Assembly: GCF_001194135.2 (NCBI RefSeq)
Contig: NC_068981.1
Location: 181,418,605 to 181,452,143, forward strand
Direction of reading: 5' to 3'
Source of the DNA: Octopus bimaculoides
Taxonomy: Eukaryota
Length of the DNA: 33,539 nucleotides
Made by a program: the position numbers and the translations under genes
The notes under the pieces: generated by a model
Told to the model about the DNA's origin: nothing
The model's database searches: none
What the model saw: the letters and a program-made list of their open reading frames with translations, nothing else
Shown: in pieces, positions 11,498 through 23,189 of the stretch
Position numbering within the stretch: position 1 is the stretch's first letter
Layout of the letters: each line of letters opens with the position of its first letter

Positions 11498-11737
11498 TTT
11501 TAAAGCCTAGCCAGGCTCATGGGCCCGGTTTCCCGGTTTCAATGGCGTATGTGTTCCCCACCTGGATGGGACGCCAGTCCATCACAGCGTTACTCATTTT
11601 TGCCAGCTGAGTGGACTGGAGCAACGTGAAATCAAGTGTTTTGCTCAAGAACACAACGCGTCGCCCGGTCCAGGAATCGAAACCACAATCTTACGATCAT
11701 GGTGCTGACACCCTAACCACTAGGCCACGCGCCTCCA
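11498..11737 (-). mobile_element. tRNA-derived SINE, family B (inverted relative to 10100-10330)
   Basis: Reverse complement aligns end to end with 10100-10330. Confidence 0.85.
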
Positions 11738-11781
11738 CCTTTTGTGGATGAACAGCATTATATAAAATACAAAGGTTTACA

Positions 11782-11839
11782 GCTCGTCCGGGATTTGAAC
11801 CCGGCACCTTTCGCACCAAAGGGAGACATACCCCTAGCC
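11782..11839 (-). pseudogene. tRNA-Pro-derived pseudogene, 5'-truncated
   Basis: Minus strand CTAGGGGTATG-TCTCCCTTTGG-TGCGAAAGGTGCCGGGTTCAAATCCCGGACGAGC matches the conserved metazoan tRNA-Pro (CTAGGGGTATGATTCTCGCTTTGGGTGCGAGAGGTCCCGGGTTCAAATCCCGGACGAGCC). It has small deletions in the D and anticodon arms and lacks the 5' acceptor strand. Confidence 0.8.
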
Positions 11840-12116
11840 TTATGAAGATATTTTTGAATGTAAAAGTTAATTTATCCATTGGAATCTCTAAAGGGTTCCC
11901 TGGATGTGGAATTGCGAGTTTTTAAACAAGGAAGGACACATTAGATAATGTATGGAAATGAGATAACCTTGGAAAGACGGGAAGACAACGGATGGAATGC
12001 ATTTGATTAACAGTTCGCTGGATGATTGGTCTGGAGCTGAACAACAGTAACAGCAGCAAAGTATGTATGCATATAAATGGAGAGACAGATTGACCGGCAG
12101 GTTGGCAAATCACGCT

Positions 12117-12147
<31 letters not shown>

Positions 12148-12148
<1 letters not shown>

Positions 12149-12600
12149 GAGGGCCGGATTAACGGATTAAGACCCATAGAGGCCCTAAGCATTTAAAAAG
12201 GTTTTGGTGCCCCTGTATATATATGTAATTCAAAATATAAATAATGATAAGTCATAAAATAAATTCTTATTTTTCAAAATGAAACAAAATTAACTGTAAG
12301 ATGGAAAATAATGTTTATTTTTGTATAGTTCCACTTTATTTATATTTGAAAAGTTTTCTCCTACTTTTGTTTTTTTTTCAATTGCAAAGACTTTGATCAG
12401 ATCCTCACTATGACACCATAAACACTTCGAAATTATATTTCTGATCATATAAACCACTTTAGTAAGTTTAAAGTGATTTCTTTTGTGCCGTAAACCATTT
12501 ATCATTTCTGTGATGCCCCCTCCTTCTCTTGATGCACTTAGCACGTGCTTATTTTGTTTAATCGTTAATGCAGCATTGCATGCAGGCATACACACATAAA
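12148..12600 (-). mobile_element. hAT-like transposon end with decayed transposase C-terminus
   Basis: Terminus CAGAGGGCCGGATTAA; minus-strand peptide ...EMINGL...SEDLIKVFAIEKKTKV resembles the hAT dimerisation-domain tail (QERLNGL...DLIxxFAxKKxRK). Confidence 0.45.
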
Positions 12601-12892
12601 CTGGAAACTAGGGTTTTCAGAAAAACAAAAAAAAAAAAATCAACTAGCTGATAGGCACATTCCAATTTCATTCTGTAAGCGGAACAGTAGAAATATGCAA
12701 GATTTTTCCTAAGTTCAACGTGTAATATTGTTTTTGTTATCTTCATTCAAACTGCAGAACTTTGTATCTTTTCTCTCTAACGGGAAGAATTGGAATAATT
12801 AAAAATAGAAGAGAACGTACATGTTTACTTACGTACGTACCCATCTACCTGCCTACCTACCACTATACATACATACGTACATACATACATGC

Positions 12893-12893
<1 letters not shown>

Positions 12894-12948
<55 letters not shown>
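12894..12948. repeat. (AGAT)n microsatellite
   Basis: Directly visible. Confidence 0.95.
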
Positions 12949-12949
<1 letters not shown>

Positions 12950-13361
12950 TGTAGCATGAGAAGGTATATATTGTATTGTTGTTTAGCCTCAGGTAAGTTC
13001 TGAATGAGCACATTTATAAGTAAAAGGCATTCCAACCGTGACCATTCTGTCTGTGTTATCTCATGTGTCCCTTTCCTTAAGATGGCAGAGCATAATCCGA
13101 TAAAGATTTGTTATTTCTATCTCTGTGTTTCTATCTCTATTTCTGAGTAAGTGGTGTAATTTCCAATTTCTGTAATGAATACAGCAGCCCCGCTATTCAA
13201 TAGCTATCAGTACAGGAGCAGAAAGATGATGGCGTTTATTTATTCTGGTTGGTCTATTTAAACAAACACAGCCATCCGGGTATTTATATAGCATGCTCGA
13301 ATGGGAAGGTAAACATGGGAAGTAATTGCATCAAATATATAGATATACACCTGCATCAGAG

Positions 13362-13417
13362 AAAGAGAGATAGAGAGAGAGAGGGAGAGAGAGAGAGAGA
13401 GAGAGAGNNNNNNNNNN

Positions 13418-13462
<45 letters not shown>

Positions 13463-13520
13463 AGAGATAGGGACAAAGAAAGAGGGAGAGAGAAAAGGAG
13501 AGAGAGAGAGATAGAGATAA
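13362..13520. repeat. (GA)n microsatellite spanning a 10-N gap
   Basis: Directly visible. Confidence 0.95.
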
Positions 13521-13857
13521 AGATAGAGAGACTCTAAGAACCTCCGAGAAGTTATTTAGGAAACAATCCGATGATTTGAATATCCATTCATGAATGTTGT
13601 AGTAAACAAAAGGTGCATTGTATAGCGGTTAGGAACGCCTAGTTCATGACAATAAAATCGCGGGTTCAGTACCTGTCCATGGTGGTGCGCTGTGTCTCAA
13701 ACCGAAAGTACCTTGTTTTACTTTGCCCTAACGGCTCCGTCAGAGGTCGCTACAGATCTTGGTACTAAACTGCTCAATTGCATCCGGAGTTTTCGTGGAA
13801 TGCAACAACCCAGGTAAACTTTAAGTCTATGGTAGATCCCGAACACCCTTGCCTTTT

Positions 13858-14250
13858 ATTTTCGACTTGTTTTATTCATTATACTGTGGTCATGCCGGAG
13901 CACCACCTTGAAGGGTGTAGTCGAACAAATCGATCCCCAGTACTTACTTTTAAGCCAGGTACTTGTTCTTTTGGTTTCTTTTGTCGAACTGTTAAGTTAC
14001 GGGAACGTTAACAAACAACAACGGTTGTCAAGTGGTAATGGGGATAACCCCCCCCCCCCAACACGCACGCACGCACACACACATATATACGATGGGCTTC
14101 CTCACAGTTTCCGTCCAAGAAATTTATTCGCAAGGCATTTGTTGGCCCGGGGCTATTGTAGAAGATACTTGCACAAGGTGCCGTGCTGTCGAACTGAACC
14201 CGAAACCACATGGTTGCAAAGCGAGCTTCTTAAACACGTAATCATTACCC
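13858..14250 (-). mobile_element. tRNA-derived SINE, family A (diverged)
   Basis: Collinear with 789-1206 (GGAGCACCACCTT..., AAGTTACGGG..., GAACTGAACCCGAAACCACATGGTTG). Confidence 0.8.
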
Positions 14251-14514
14251 GCAAGGTAGCCACACTAACGTTTTTACACAGAAATTCTTCTTTTCTTGTG
14301 TTATACATAGCATTATCGTGCATACCATTAGTCAGTAACTGCATGAATACAAATATTTTCAATAAATGTTTTCAGTAAATACTTTCATTATTTCTAATAA
14401 AGACGTGGACTAGCAAAAGTAGTAGTGTTAAATGTACAGCAGTGAAGGTCAATGACTTGTCTGTAGCGTTGAACATTAATTATATGTTGCTTTCTAATGT
14501 AGGCACAAAGCTCT

Positions 14515-15170
14515 AAGGCTGGCGAGCTGGCGGAATCGTTAGCACGCCGGGCGGAATGCTTAGCAGCATTTCGTTTGTCTTCACATTCTGAGTTCAAATT
14601 ACGCCGAGGTCAACTTTGCCTGTCATTCTTTCGGGGTTGATAAAATAAGTATCAGTTGAGCAGAGAGGTCGATGTAATCGACTTAACCCCTCTCATGAAA
14701 TTACTGGCCTTGTGCCAATATTTGAAATCAATATAGGCACAGAGTCTGAAATTTTGGGGTAGTGGGATAGTCGACTATACCAACCTCAATAATTTACTTG
14801 TGCTTATTTTATCGATCCCGAAAGGGATGAAAGACAAAGTCGACTTCGGCGGAATTTGAACTCTGGACGTAAAACCGAAAGAAATGCTGCGAAGCATTTT
14901 GTCCGGCGTGCTAATGATCCTACCAGCTCGCCGCCATAATGTAAGTTATTATATTGGCTTCAAATTTCGGTACGATACCAGTCATTTCGGGAAGAGAGTA
15001 AGTCAATTACATCGACCTCAGAGCTCAACTGGTACCTATTTTATCGACCTTGAAAGGATGAAAGGTAGAGTCGACCTCATTGGAATTTGAACTCAGAACA
15101 TAAAGACGGACGAAATGTTGACAATCATTCTACCGGCATGCTAACCACTCTGCCAGCTTGCTGCCTTACA
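14515..15170. mobile_element. Three SINE family C copies: + (14515-14735), - (14736-14936), - (14960-15170)
   Basis: Family C core on plus, then its reverse complement (AAAGTCGACTTCGGCGGAATTTGAACTC; AGAGTCGACCTCATTGGAATTTGAACTC) twice. Confidence 0.8.
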
Positions 15171-16329
15171 TTAGTTAAATATTAAAAGTGATTTTAAAAC
15201 TTTTCTGTAAGCTTCTCAATAAGTTAGCTACAATATTAATACGACAGACACATTAAAGCAAATTAAGAATGAATTAAATCGGTATTTGAAAATACGTTTT
15301 ACTTTTGCTCTGCAAGGATCTGGGATTAACCCATCTCCAAGTTTTATTTCGATGTCCATTTTATTCAGTGCTTATCTAATAACTCGAAGCTTACGATATA
15401 TTTATATATGCACTGTATTTCAAATTTCATGTTTCTTTAAAACATATGGCAAACACCATGCAAAGATAGAGAAACCATCGTTAGGTCTAGTTTAGGTTCC
15501 AATTTCATTTCTCTCATGCACTTAGGAAAAAACGATTTTTCACAGTTCTCTTTTCCACTCCCCGGAAGTTGATAGGGCTAATCACTTGTTAAGATATATC
15601 ACTGATTACGTTGCTTAATTAAGCAAAAGCTACAGCAAATTACATTTTGGCTTTATTTATCTTTTTCTGTGTGATTTACCGAGATTCGCTTCTGATTTGT
15701 TGGAATATATCAGCATTACCTGAAATGTAGTGACATATAAAAGCAATGCCTTTGAGTTAGATAAAGAAATTGCTATTTTAGTTCTGCTAGCTATCGTAAT
15801 AGGTAATTCTCCCAGTGAGCCGAGTATGGAGACCCATTTAGCTTCCTGGTTAAAATATTTTCCTTTATTTATGTTAATATTTCTTGAGAAAAGCGTAACT
15901 ATAATCAAATCTTTTCCCCTCATCCGCAAATAAATTTGTGGCCTTATGCGTTGAGGAAGACATCTTTTCCCGCTGTTTCGTGAAGGAACGCTTTTTGTAG
16001 ATTTTAATTACAGTCTCTAAATCAAAGTTTTTATGCAAGGAAAATCTATATCTATCTTTACTTCGCATGCTTTACGATTTCATCACCTGCCCGTCGAGGC
16101 AAGGTATATTCGATGTAACGGGTAAAAATAAATATTTCCTTAAAACTTCATGCATTGTTCATCTTTCATTTTTGCATAATGAAGAATCTCAACCATTTAC
16201 AAATATCAACAGTTACAAATGCAATGAAAAAGTTTTTGCACATAAATATGTAGTTAGAAATCTTGTTATAACTTTTAATGTTTTTATGCTTTTTTGCAAT
16301 AATTGTTTCTAATTTAGGAACAAGGCAAG

Positions 16330-16760
16330 CAATTTTGAAAGGTGGAGGATTGATCGATATAATCGGCTCCAGTACTTGATTGGCACTATATTTCATCAAC
16401 ACCGAAGGAACGAAAGGTAAGTCGATCCCTACAGGATTGGAACACAGAGCCGAAATAACTACTGCAAAGCACTTTTTCAGATGCTCTAATGATTTTGCTA
16501 GTTCGGTGCCCTTGCTCTTCGCAATAATGTAATCCAAGATAATTCCTTTTAATTTTAGCACAAAACCAGTAATTTTGAGAAGAGGGAGCAAGTTCATTAC
16601 ATCGACTCCAGTACTTGGTTGATACTTTATTTTATCGACCCCAGAGGGATGAAAAGTTGACCCCCAAGATTTGAACTCAGAACTTATGGAGCCGGAACAA
16701 AAACTGTAAAGCACTCCCCCACCACCGACGCTCGAATAAATTTATCAGCTCGCTGCCTTA
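16330..16760 (-). mobile_element. Two diverged SINE family C copies
   Basis: ATCGACTCCAGTACTTG...TTTATCGACCCCAGAGGGATGAAAAGTTGAC...GATTTGAACTCAGAAC; this accounts for the 182-aa ORF here. Confidence 0.65.
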
Positions 16761-19089
16761 AAGCAATTCAAAGCTTTGCCGGATCCATTTGTTGGAATTG
16801 TGTTTTTAAGGTAAACTCTTTTAGAATGTTTACAAGCTGTTCCTTTCCTGCCAGCGTAAGGCTGCTTACGTTTAATGATTCCTCAAAGAGGTTTCCAACT
16901 CGGTGTTGATTTCAATACTGTTATTCATTTACACAAAACAGTTTCAAAATCTGTCTCATACAAGGGTGGAATAAATATGAAGAAAAACATAAACAGGATT
17001 TCGTTGTTACACCGACTTGTTATTCATTTACCCATTATCTTGTTTTATCTCCGTTGTTTTAGTTTCCTTTGTACCCATTACATTTTGGTATTGAAACGAA
17101 AATGGTGATTACATTACAGAATATAAAACAGCTCAAGCTGGTTGTACCTATCAAGGTTGATACGGTACTTTCCTAATGGTTACTTATCTTGTAATGCATT
17201 GTGCTATGTCACTAATCTCAGCGATTCAATCCACGTAGCTATAGAATATACACCACATGATGTGTAGTTCATTACTGCAAGTAATGTCGATAGTGTTTAA
17301 TTAACAAGCGTAGTTAGCGGCCGATATAATATCTTCAAGTGAAAAGAAGTTGCGATGTATCGGTTTTCCTATTCAGAAGTTAGTCCTAGCTTTCATAGAG
17401 TTAAGTCTATGAAAGCTCGGACTAGCTCCTGTATACTGCAGTCTATATACAGGCATTAAAAACACTGAAGCAGTAGTAAAAATAACTTGCAAGAGCATTT
17501 TTTCTCACTATTGCCAAGTTCTTAAGATACGTTTACATTGCAATTATGTGGTTTTACGGTTCCATACCAACGCGTGGTACCTTAGTTAAGTTAGTTAAGT
17601 GGGTTTTTTTTAGTATCTTAGTCTCAGAGCATCTTAAGGTTTGGGATAAAATTGGGTGAACGGAGCCCATTGGATCGGCTGCATATGTTCTTGAATGCTG
17701 GACTTCATCGGTCGCTCGATTTAACACCACCACCTGACCTTTATTTCATTGGGCTGATGTGAGAAAAGTGATGTGTCCATAGCCTTTGTAGACCGATGAG
17801 GTCAAAGCGGTTAATAATTGAATAATTGCGAGGTGGTGACTGCAGATGCCTAGAAAACCATCTTTACGAGGAGGAAGGATTGCAAATAGTGGATAGTGTA
17901 ATGCCTTGGGGAGGAGCACACAACTTGGATGACGAGAGGGTGAGAGAGGAATGATTGTAGAGTGTCTCAGGTTTGTTGGCAAGAAACTGGATGATGGTAA
18001 TCTACTTGGAGTTTTAAACTCAACAGCAGCAGTAGTACATCAATTTGTACATTCTAGCATATACTATACAGAGAAAAGATAAAGATGGAGTAACGAAGAC
18101 AGATGGCAGATAATGCCTTTCTCAAATCAAGTTAATATCTGGGAATTCACTTAAAGCAATCTATAAATAAATTCAATAATTACAGGCCAATAGAAGTTCA
18201 AGGGATTTTTTTGGTAACACTTCGTGTATCACTGGATGTTGTTGACTGTATGTACAAGTGTATATGAGTAAGAATATATGCGTATAAACGTGTAGGCATA
18301 TACGTAAGCGTGTGGATACCTTTCCGGATGTGTATGCATGGATGTTATTATTATATGTGTTTATATGAGTAGATCTGTATATTTTGACTTGTGCATGGAT
18401 GTGTACGTATACATACGTTTGTGTGTCTAATACTTACATATGTTTGTACATCTATACGTGTATATTTGCTTTATTACGCCCAATCGTTAGAATGTTTTGC
18501 ATATTTTCACAGCGCCTTTGATGGCTTGTATCTCTAATTTCCAAATTAGCTGTGTACTTCTGTATTTATGTACGTGGGCACATACGTACTTACGTGTGAG
18601 TGTGTGCGTGTGTGCTCGCATGTATGTATGTACTTCTCTTTTTAATTTAGAGTAAATTTTTACCGGCCACCTACTTGGTTGCAAGGTTGCGAAGGAAGCA
18701 TCTTGTTTTTTTCATCATCCTTTAAACCTTAAGTAGGTTTTGCAGATTTATATAGTCACAGATAACGTGATCATTTGTAGTGTATGGATTAAGGATTTGC
18801 GTTCTCTTCTCTGGATCCCAAGTTTAGCCATACTTTGTATGTATGTATGTATGATTTTTCTTTGAGCTTAATTCAAGTTCTTGAGAAAGTTCAAGTTGGT
18901 CGCTAACAAAGCAACAACATTTTTTGATTTAAGAGAGTTCCCGATGTTTGTAAATATGTGGTTGAGTTGGTATGTTGGTTAAACTGTCAATGCATACACC
19001 CAAGTGTGTGCATCTATTCACATAAGAATCTCATATGGAAAATTTTGGGGAAGTCTTACAAATCTTCACCCTGCCTCTAATAGATTGGA

Positions 19090-19540
19090 TTTGGAGAATC
19101 CGCGTTAGTTTCTTTTGCTTTTCCCCCACCCCCCCGTGAAACCGAGTATTTCAAAGTTTTATGCAAATTTGTTGGTACATAAACTAATGCACCCGTAATG
19201 ACAGGTACAAATGAGAATTCATAGCTAGGGTACAAGAGCTGTAAACGCCGCATTAATCTGTCATAAATGTTCTCTTTCTCCTGGACTTTTGATTGCACAT
19301 TTAGATCCAACGGGCAGCTGACCTCTACAACAATGCATAACTTTGTTCCCTGTCCCTCACAGAACAATATCAGGTCTGTTATGTTTGCACCGAATAGACG
19401 TTTTTATTGGGATGTTCCACCAGTATTCCATGTTTTTAAAGGTGTGGATACCAGTTAGTTCTAACATGCCTTTGGTGCATACGTCAAGGTAGAGCTTCTG
19501 CGGATAGCATTGTTAAATAATCTTTGCAACTGTATCATAC
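19090..19540 (-). mobile_element. R2-superfamily (restriction-like endonuclease) non-LTR retrotransposon 3' fragment
   Basis: Manual translation PLRYDTVAKII (cf. RHDxVAK) ... EYWWNIPIKTSIRCKHNRPDIVL / KLCIVVEVSCPLDLNVQSKVQEKENIYDRL...FVPVITGAL gives the PD-(D/E)xK REL signature; frameshifted. Confidence 0.8.
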
Positions 19541-19559
19541 CTCAGGGGAAGGTAGTATG

Positions 19560-19930
19560 TATGTGTGTGTGTGAATCTGGTGTTTAAGAATCAGAGAACA
19601 ACCGGGTTGCGTATACTGAGTTGAAACATGCAGGAGGAGCCCTTTTCCTGAGAAGGGTATGGAACAGTTTCTGTCGTGTGATCTGTGTGGTCGTATTGCT
19701 TTTCAAAAGTAGGCATACTCAACCACAAGCATGGTCACGGAGGCATCCAGCTTGTGCATTGTAAGTCCCAATGACCATCCAGATGGTCGGGCTGTTGCTG
19801 AAAGGCCGACTTGTGGTCACTTTAGAATGACTTCAAGGCCCTTGCAAACCTTAGGAGTCATATGCGAGTCAGTGTAGGAGTCAGTGTTGAGAAGACCAAA
19901 CTTGAGATGCTTGTTAGAGTGAAATGAGTT
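19560..19930 (+). mobile_element. RTE-type LINE 3' end, decayed
   Basis: ESGV*ESENNRVAYTELK parallels IKTGSADFEKARVARAKL of the 10.4-kb RTE piece; followed by zinc-finger-like CDLCGRIAF..VGILNH and ..LANLRSHMR. Confidence 0.55.
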
Positions 19931-19961
19931 TAAGAAGTGGTCTTGTGTGTGTGCGTGTGTA

Positions 19962-19970
<9 letters not shown>

Positions 19971-20006
<36 letters not shown>
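19971..20006. repeat. (TA)n microsatellite
   Basis: Directly visible. Confidence 0.95.
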
Positions 20007-20008
<2 letters not shown>

Positions 20009-20029
20009 GTATATGAATGTATGTATGTA

Positions 20030-20480
20030 TATATCGTGGCACTCCGTCAGTTGCGACGACGAGGGTTNNNNNNNNNNNNNNNNNNNNNNNNNNNNNNNNN
20101 NNNNNNNNNNNNNNNNNNNNNNNNNNNNNNNNNNNNNNNNNNNNNNNNNNNNNNNNNNNNNNNNNNNNNNNNNNNNNNNNNNNNNNNNGAGCACTCCACA
20201 GATACGTGTACCCTTAACGTAGTTCTCGGAGATATTCAGCGTGACACAGAGTGTGACAAGTTTGGCCCTTTGAAATACAGATACAACAGAAACAGGAAGA
20301 AAGAGTGAGAGAAAATTGTGGTGAAAGAGTGCAGCAGGGTTCGTCACCATCTCCTGCCGGAGCCTCGTGGAGCTTTAGGTGTTTTCGTTCGATAAACACT
20401 CACAACGCCCGGTTTGGGAATCGAAACCGCTATCCTATGACCGCAAGTCCGCTGCCCTAACCACTGGGCCATTGCGCCTT
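20030..20480 (-). mobile_element. tRNA-derived SINE, family E, interrupted by an N-gap
   Basis: Reverse complement begins GAAGGCGCAATGGCCCAGTGGTTAGGGCAGCGGACTTGCGGTCATAGGATAGCGGTTTCGATTCCC (tRNA-like A and B boxes). Confidence 0.8.
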
Positions 20481-20960
20481 CACACACAGACACACATATA
20501 CACACGCACACACACATAGGGGAGGGTTAACCATACAATAGACTGGCATGCCGCGTTCGGTGGTGAGTGTGTCGGTTATATTGTACTCTCAGTCGTTTAT
20601 ATTTCAAAGAACGAAATAAGCTTAGACCTAGTGAGCCTATAGGCTCGAGTAAGACTTTTACTAACTATGCATACACACATACATGCATGCATGCGTAATA
20701 CATGCATACATACATACATACATACATACATACATACATACATACATGGAGTCGAATGCATCCCACATTCATATCTTTATCTGTTTTCACACATGCTGTC
20801 TATGAGGAGAGCTTTTTTCTCGAGATTATTTCCACTGCGATAGGTCTTCCCGCGTCCGAGTATACATGAACGTATCAAATATCATTGTACACGCGCACAC
20901 GCATACATATATTACACACACACACACACACGCACACACACACACGCGCACACACACACG

Positions 20961-21006
<46 letters not shown>

Positions 21007-21087
21007 TGTATATACATACTCTGTACGATAACGTTGCACAAGGTTGAATCGTAGTGGCATCGATGAAACTGATACTTGAGACTGTAA

Positions 21088-21420
21088 ATAAAGGGCTGGA
21101 CAAAATAATGGAAATAGCTTATTAATTGGAAGTTTTATAATTAGATACGGAAATGGCCCATCTTCAGCATCAATCACAGATTTAATGCGTCGAGAAATTG
21201 ATTCGTACAGATTCTGAACAGTTATCAGAGGGAATTTTGTACCATTTTTCAAGTAAAACCAGCTTTAGCTCTTTCAACGATAATAGCAAAGAGAATTGGC
21301 TCTCTCACTTGCTGCTCCAAAATGCATCATAAATGTTCGATTTTTTAATGAAATTCGGTGACTGTGAGGGCCAATCGAAGCGATTCACTCCATTTTTGTG
21401 CTCTTCGTACCTGTTTTGAA
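21088..21420 (-). pseudogene. Tc1-type transposase C-terminal remnant with one TIR
   Basis: NRFDWPSQSPNF (cf. WPxQSPDLNPIE) and TVQNLYESISRRIKSVIDAEDGPFPY* (cf. LxESIPRRIxAVIxAKGGxTxY*); TIR-like AGGGCTGGACAAAATAATGGAAA at ~21090-21113. Confidence 0.75.
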
Positions 21421-21744
21421 TAACATTAGTCTTGTGAATCAGTGTTGTTTGTGCTGTACCAGTATTGCTAGGATGGTTTGCGGAAGCTGCGTATAATGGT
21501 TTAATAACACCAAACAAACATTTAAACATGATTTATTATCGTCGTACAAGTCACATGAATTACAAATACTCACGTAGAATTAGCAGGATGAAAGAAATAT
21601 AATGCCACACGCAAAGTAGCTGAATATCAAATTTTACCACAAGGGCTGGATCAAACACAAGGGATATAAACTTACTTGGAAATGGATGCGTCGCGTTCAA
21701 TTAAATAATAATAAATAATAGATAATATATATATATACATATAT

Positions 21745-21762
21745 ATTTATTATTATTATTTA

Positions 21763-21830
<68 letters not shown>

Positions 21831-21920
21831 GAGTGAGAGAGTAGTGCATGCCATCAAAGCGAAACTGGGATAAAATGTATGAAGCCCATTATACCCATCA
21901 TGACTACCCGTCTGATAAGG
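21745..21920 (-). repeat. (TAT)n tract forming the (AAT)n tail of a short LINE-like 3' end
   Basis: ~85 nt of (TAT)n directly adjoining GAGTGAGAGAGTAGTGCATGCCATCAAAG; the element call is recall-based. Confidence 0.55.
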
Positions 21921-21957
21921 AGGTAGTGTGAATGTGGGGTGTGTGTGTGTGGCTCAG

Positions 21958-23060
21958 GTGTATGAGCGTCAATGTATGCCTTCTTGAGTTTATCAACTGA
22001 AACAGTTTCTTTTCTACCGTTAAGGTCTACGGTGAAAACTGTGTCTGCGCGTTGCAGGAACTCGAAGCAATGTCTTTCGGTACTGCAGACTTCAGAGATT
22101 GTGACCGAGTGTTCATCGGTGGTAAATCGAAGTATGATCGCAAACCGTCGACGTAGTGAGACAGATCTTTGGTAGCAGTATTAGTTGGTGCCAACATCTG
22201 GCCTGGTAATGATAGTGGTGTACCGTAGAGTAATTCGGCCGAAGAATAGCCCAGATCCGCTTTCACGGAGGGCCGACAACCCAAAAGGACGATGGGAAGG
22301 TACTCGGTCCATCTTAGAGGATCTGGTGATGTGCGAAGAGTTGCCTTCAGTTGACGGTGGAATCGCTCTACCATCCCATTAGAAGCGGGGTGGTAGCTTG
22401 TCGTGTGCAAATGCTGCACGCCCAAGAGAAGAGAAAGTTCGCGGGAGAGCTGTGGTTCAAACTGTCGCCTCCGATCGGTGGTGATCCTTAAGGGAACACC
22501 GAAACGCGATATCCAGCCTGATATCAAAGCGCGAGCGACTGATTCGGCGTAGATGTCGGCGAGGGGAATGGCTTCAGGCCATCGAAAGAAACGGTCGACT
22601 CAGGAAAGAATATAGGAGTATCCGTTACTAACAGACCACAGAACGACGAGGTCGATATGAATGTGGCGAAAACGACTGTCAGGTTGGTCAAATTTTCCGA
22701 CTGGCGAACGAATGTGTGTATGGATCTTGGAACGCTGGCACTGACGACAGGAACGAGAACAAGCGGTGGTATCTCGGCGCATATTCGGCCAGAAAAAACG
22801 GGCCGTGATGAGCTTGACCGAAGCTGCAATACCTGGATGAGATAGGAGTGCAAGGCATTGAACACGCTTCGGCGATGGTTGTCAGGAACAAGAAGGCGAG
22901 GTGTTCCTGCAGATACGTCACACAGGATAGTTCTGTCTGTTGTTGACAAGAGTAAGTACTCCAAACGACATTGAGTGAATGGTGGAGACGCGGTGTCGAT
23001 TGATTGCAGAAGGGGCTGGTCGGTAGCAAGGGTGACCAGATCGATCGCTGCTGGAAACAC
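21958..23060 (-). pseudogene. Gypsy integrase
   Basis: CRQCQRSK (HHCC), [33 protein letters not shown] (D,D-35-E core); C-terminal [21 protein letters not shown] at ~21965-22040. Confidence 0.93.
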
Positions 23061-23189
23061 AGAACAAACTGGAAGTTTTGACAGTGCATCCGCAGGGACG
23101 TTGTCCGCCCCAAAAAGGTGGAGTATATCACTTGTAAATTGTGAGATAAAGTTGAGGTGTCTGATCTCACGGGGCGAATATTTGTCTGA

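Noticed and set aside
12983-12996. Apparent 6-nt microexon TTTAG|CCTCAG|GTAAGT
   Set aside because: It lies in a sequence I recall as a common octopus repeat (GTTTAGCCYCAGGTCAG...AAAGGCATTCCARCYGTGACC), so the splice-like signals are probably incidental.
13778-14378. Cluster of overlapping ORFs up to 156 aa
   Set aside because: All lie in a family A SINE.
16166-16714. 182-aa minus-strand ORF
   Set aside because: It overlaps two SINE family C copies; the translation is of SINE sequence.
17640-18060. GC-richer segment with protein-like frames (GDCRCLENHLYEEEGLQIVDSVMPW; MIVECLRFVGKKLDDGNLL)
   Set aside because: Stops in all frames and no recognisable motif or splice pattern; probably an old TE fragment.
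19817-20350. ORFs crossing N-gaps or microsatellites (also 9847-10181, 13249-13476, 20826-21103, 27352-28030, 28492-29001)
   Set aside because: Artefacts of N runs and dinucleotide repeats (poly-X, CV/HT/YI repeats).
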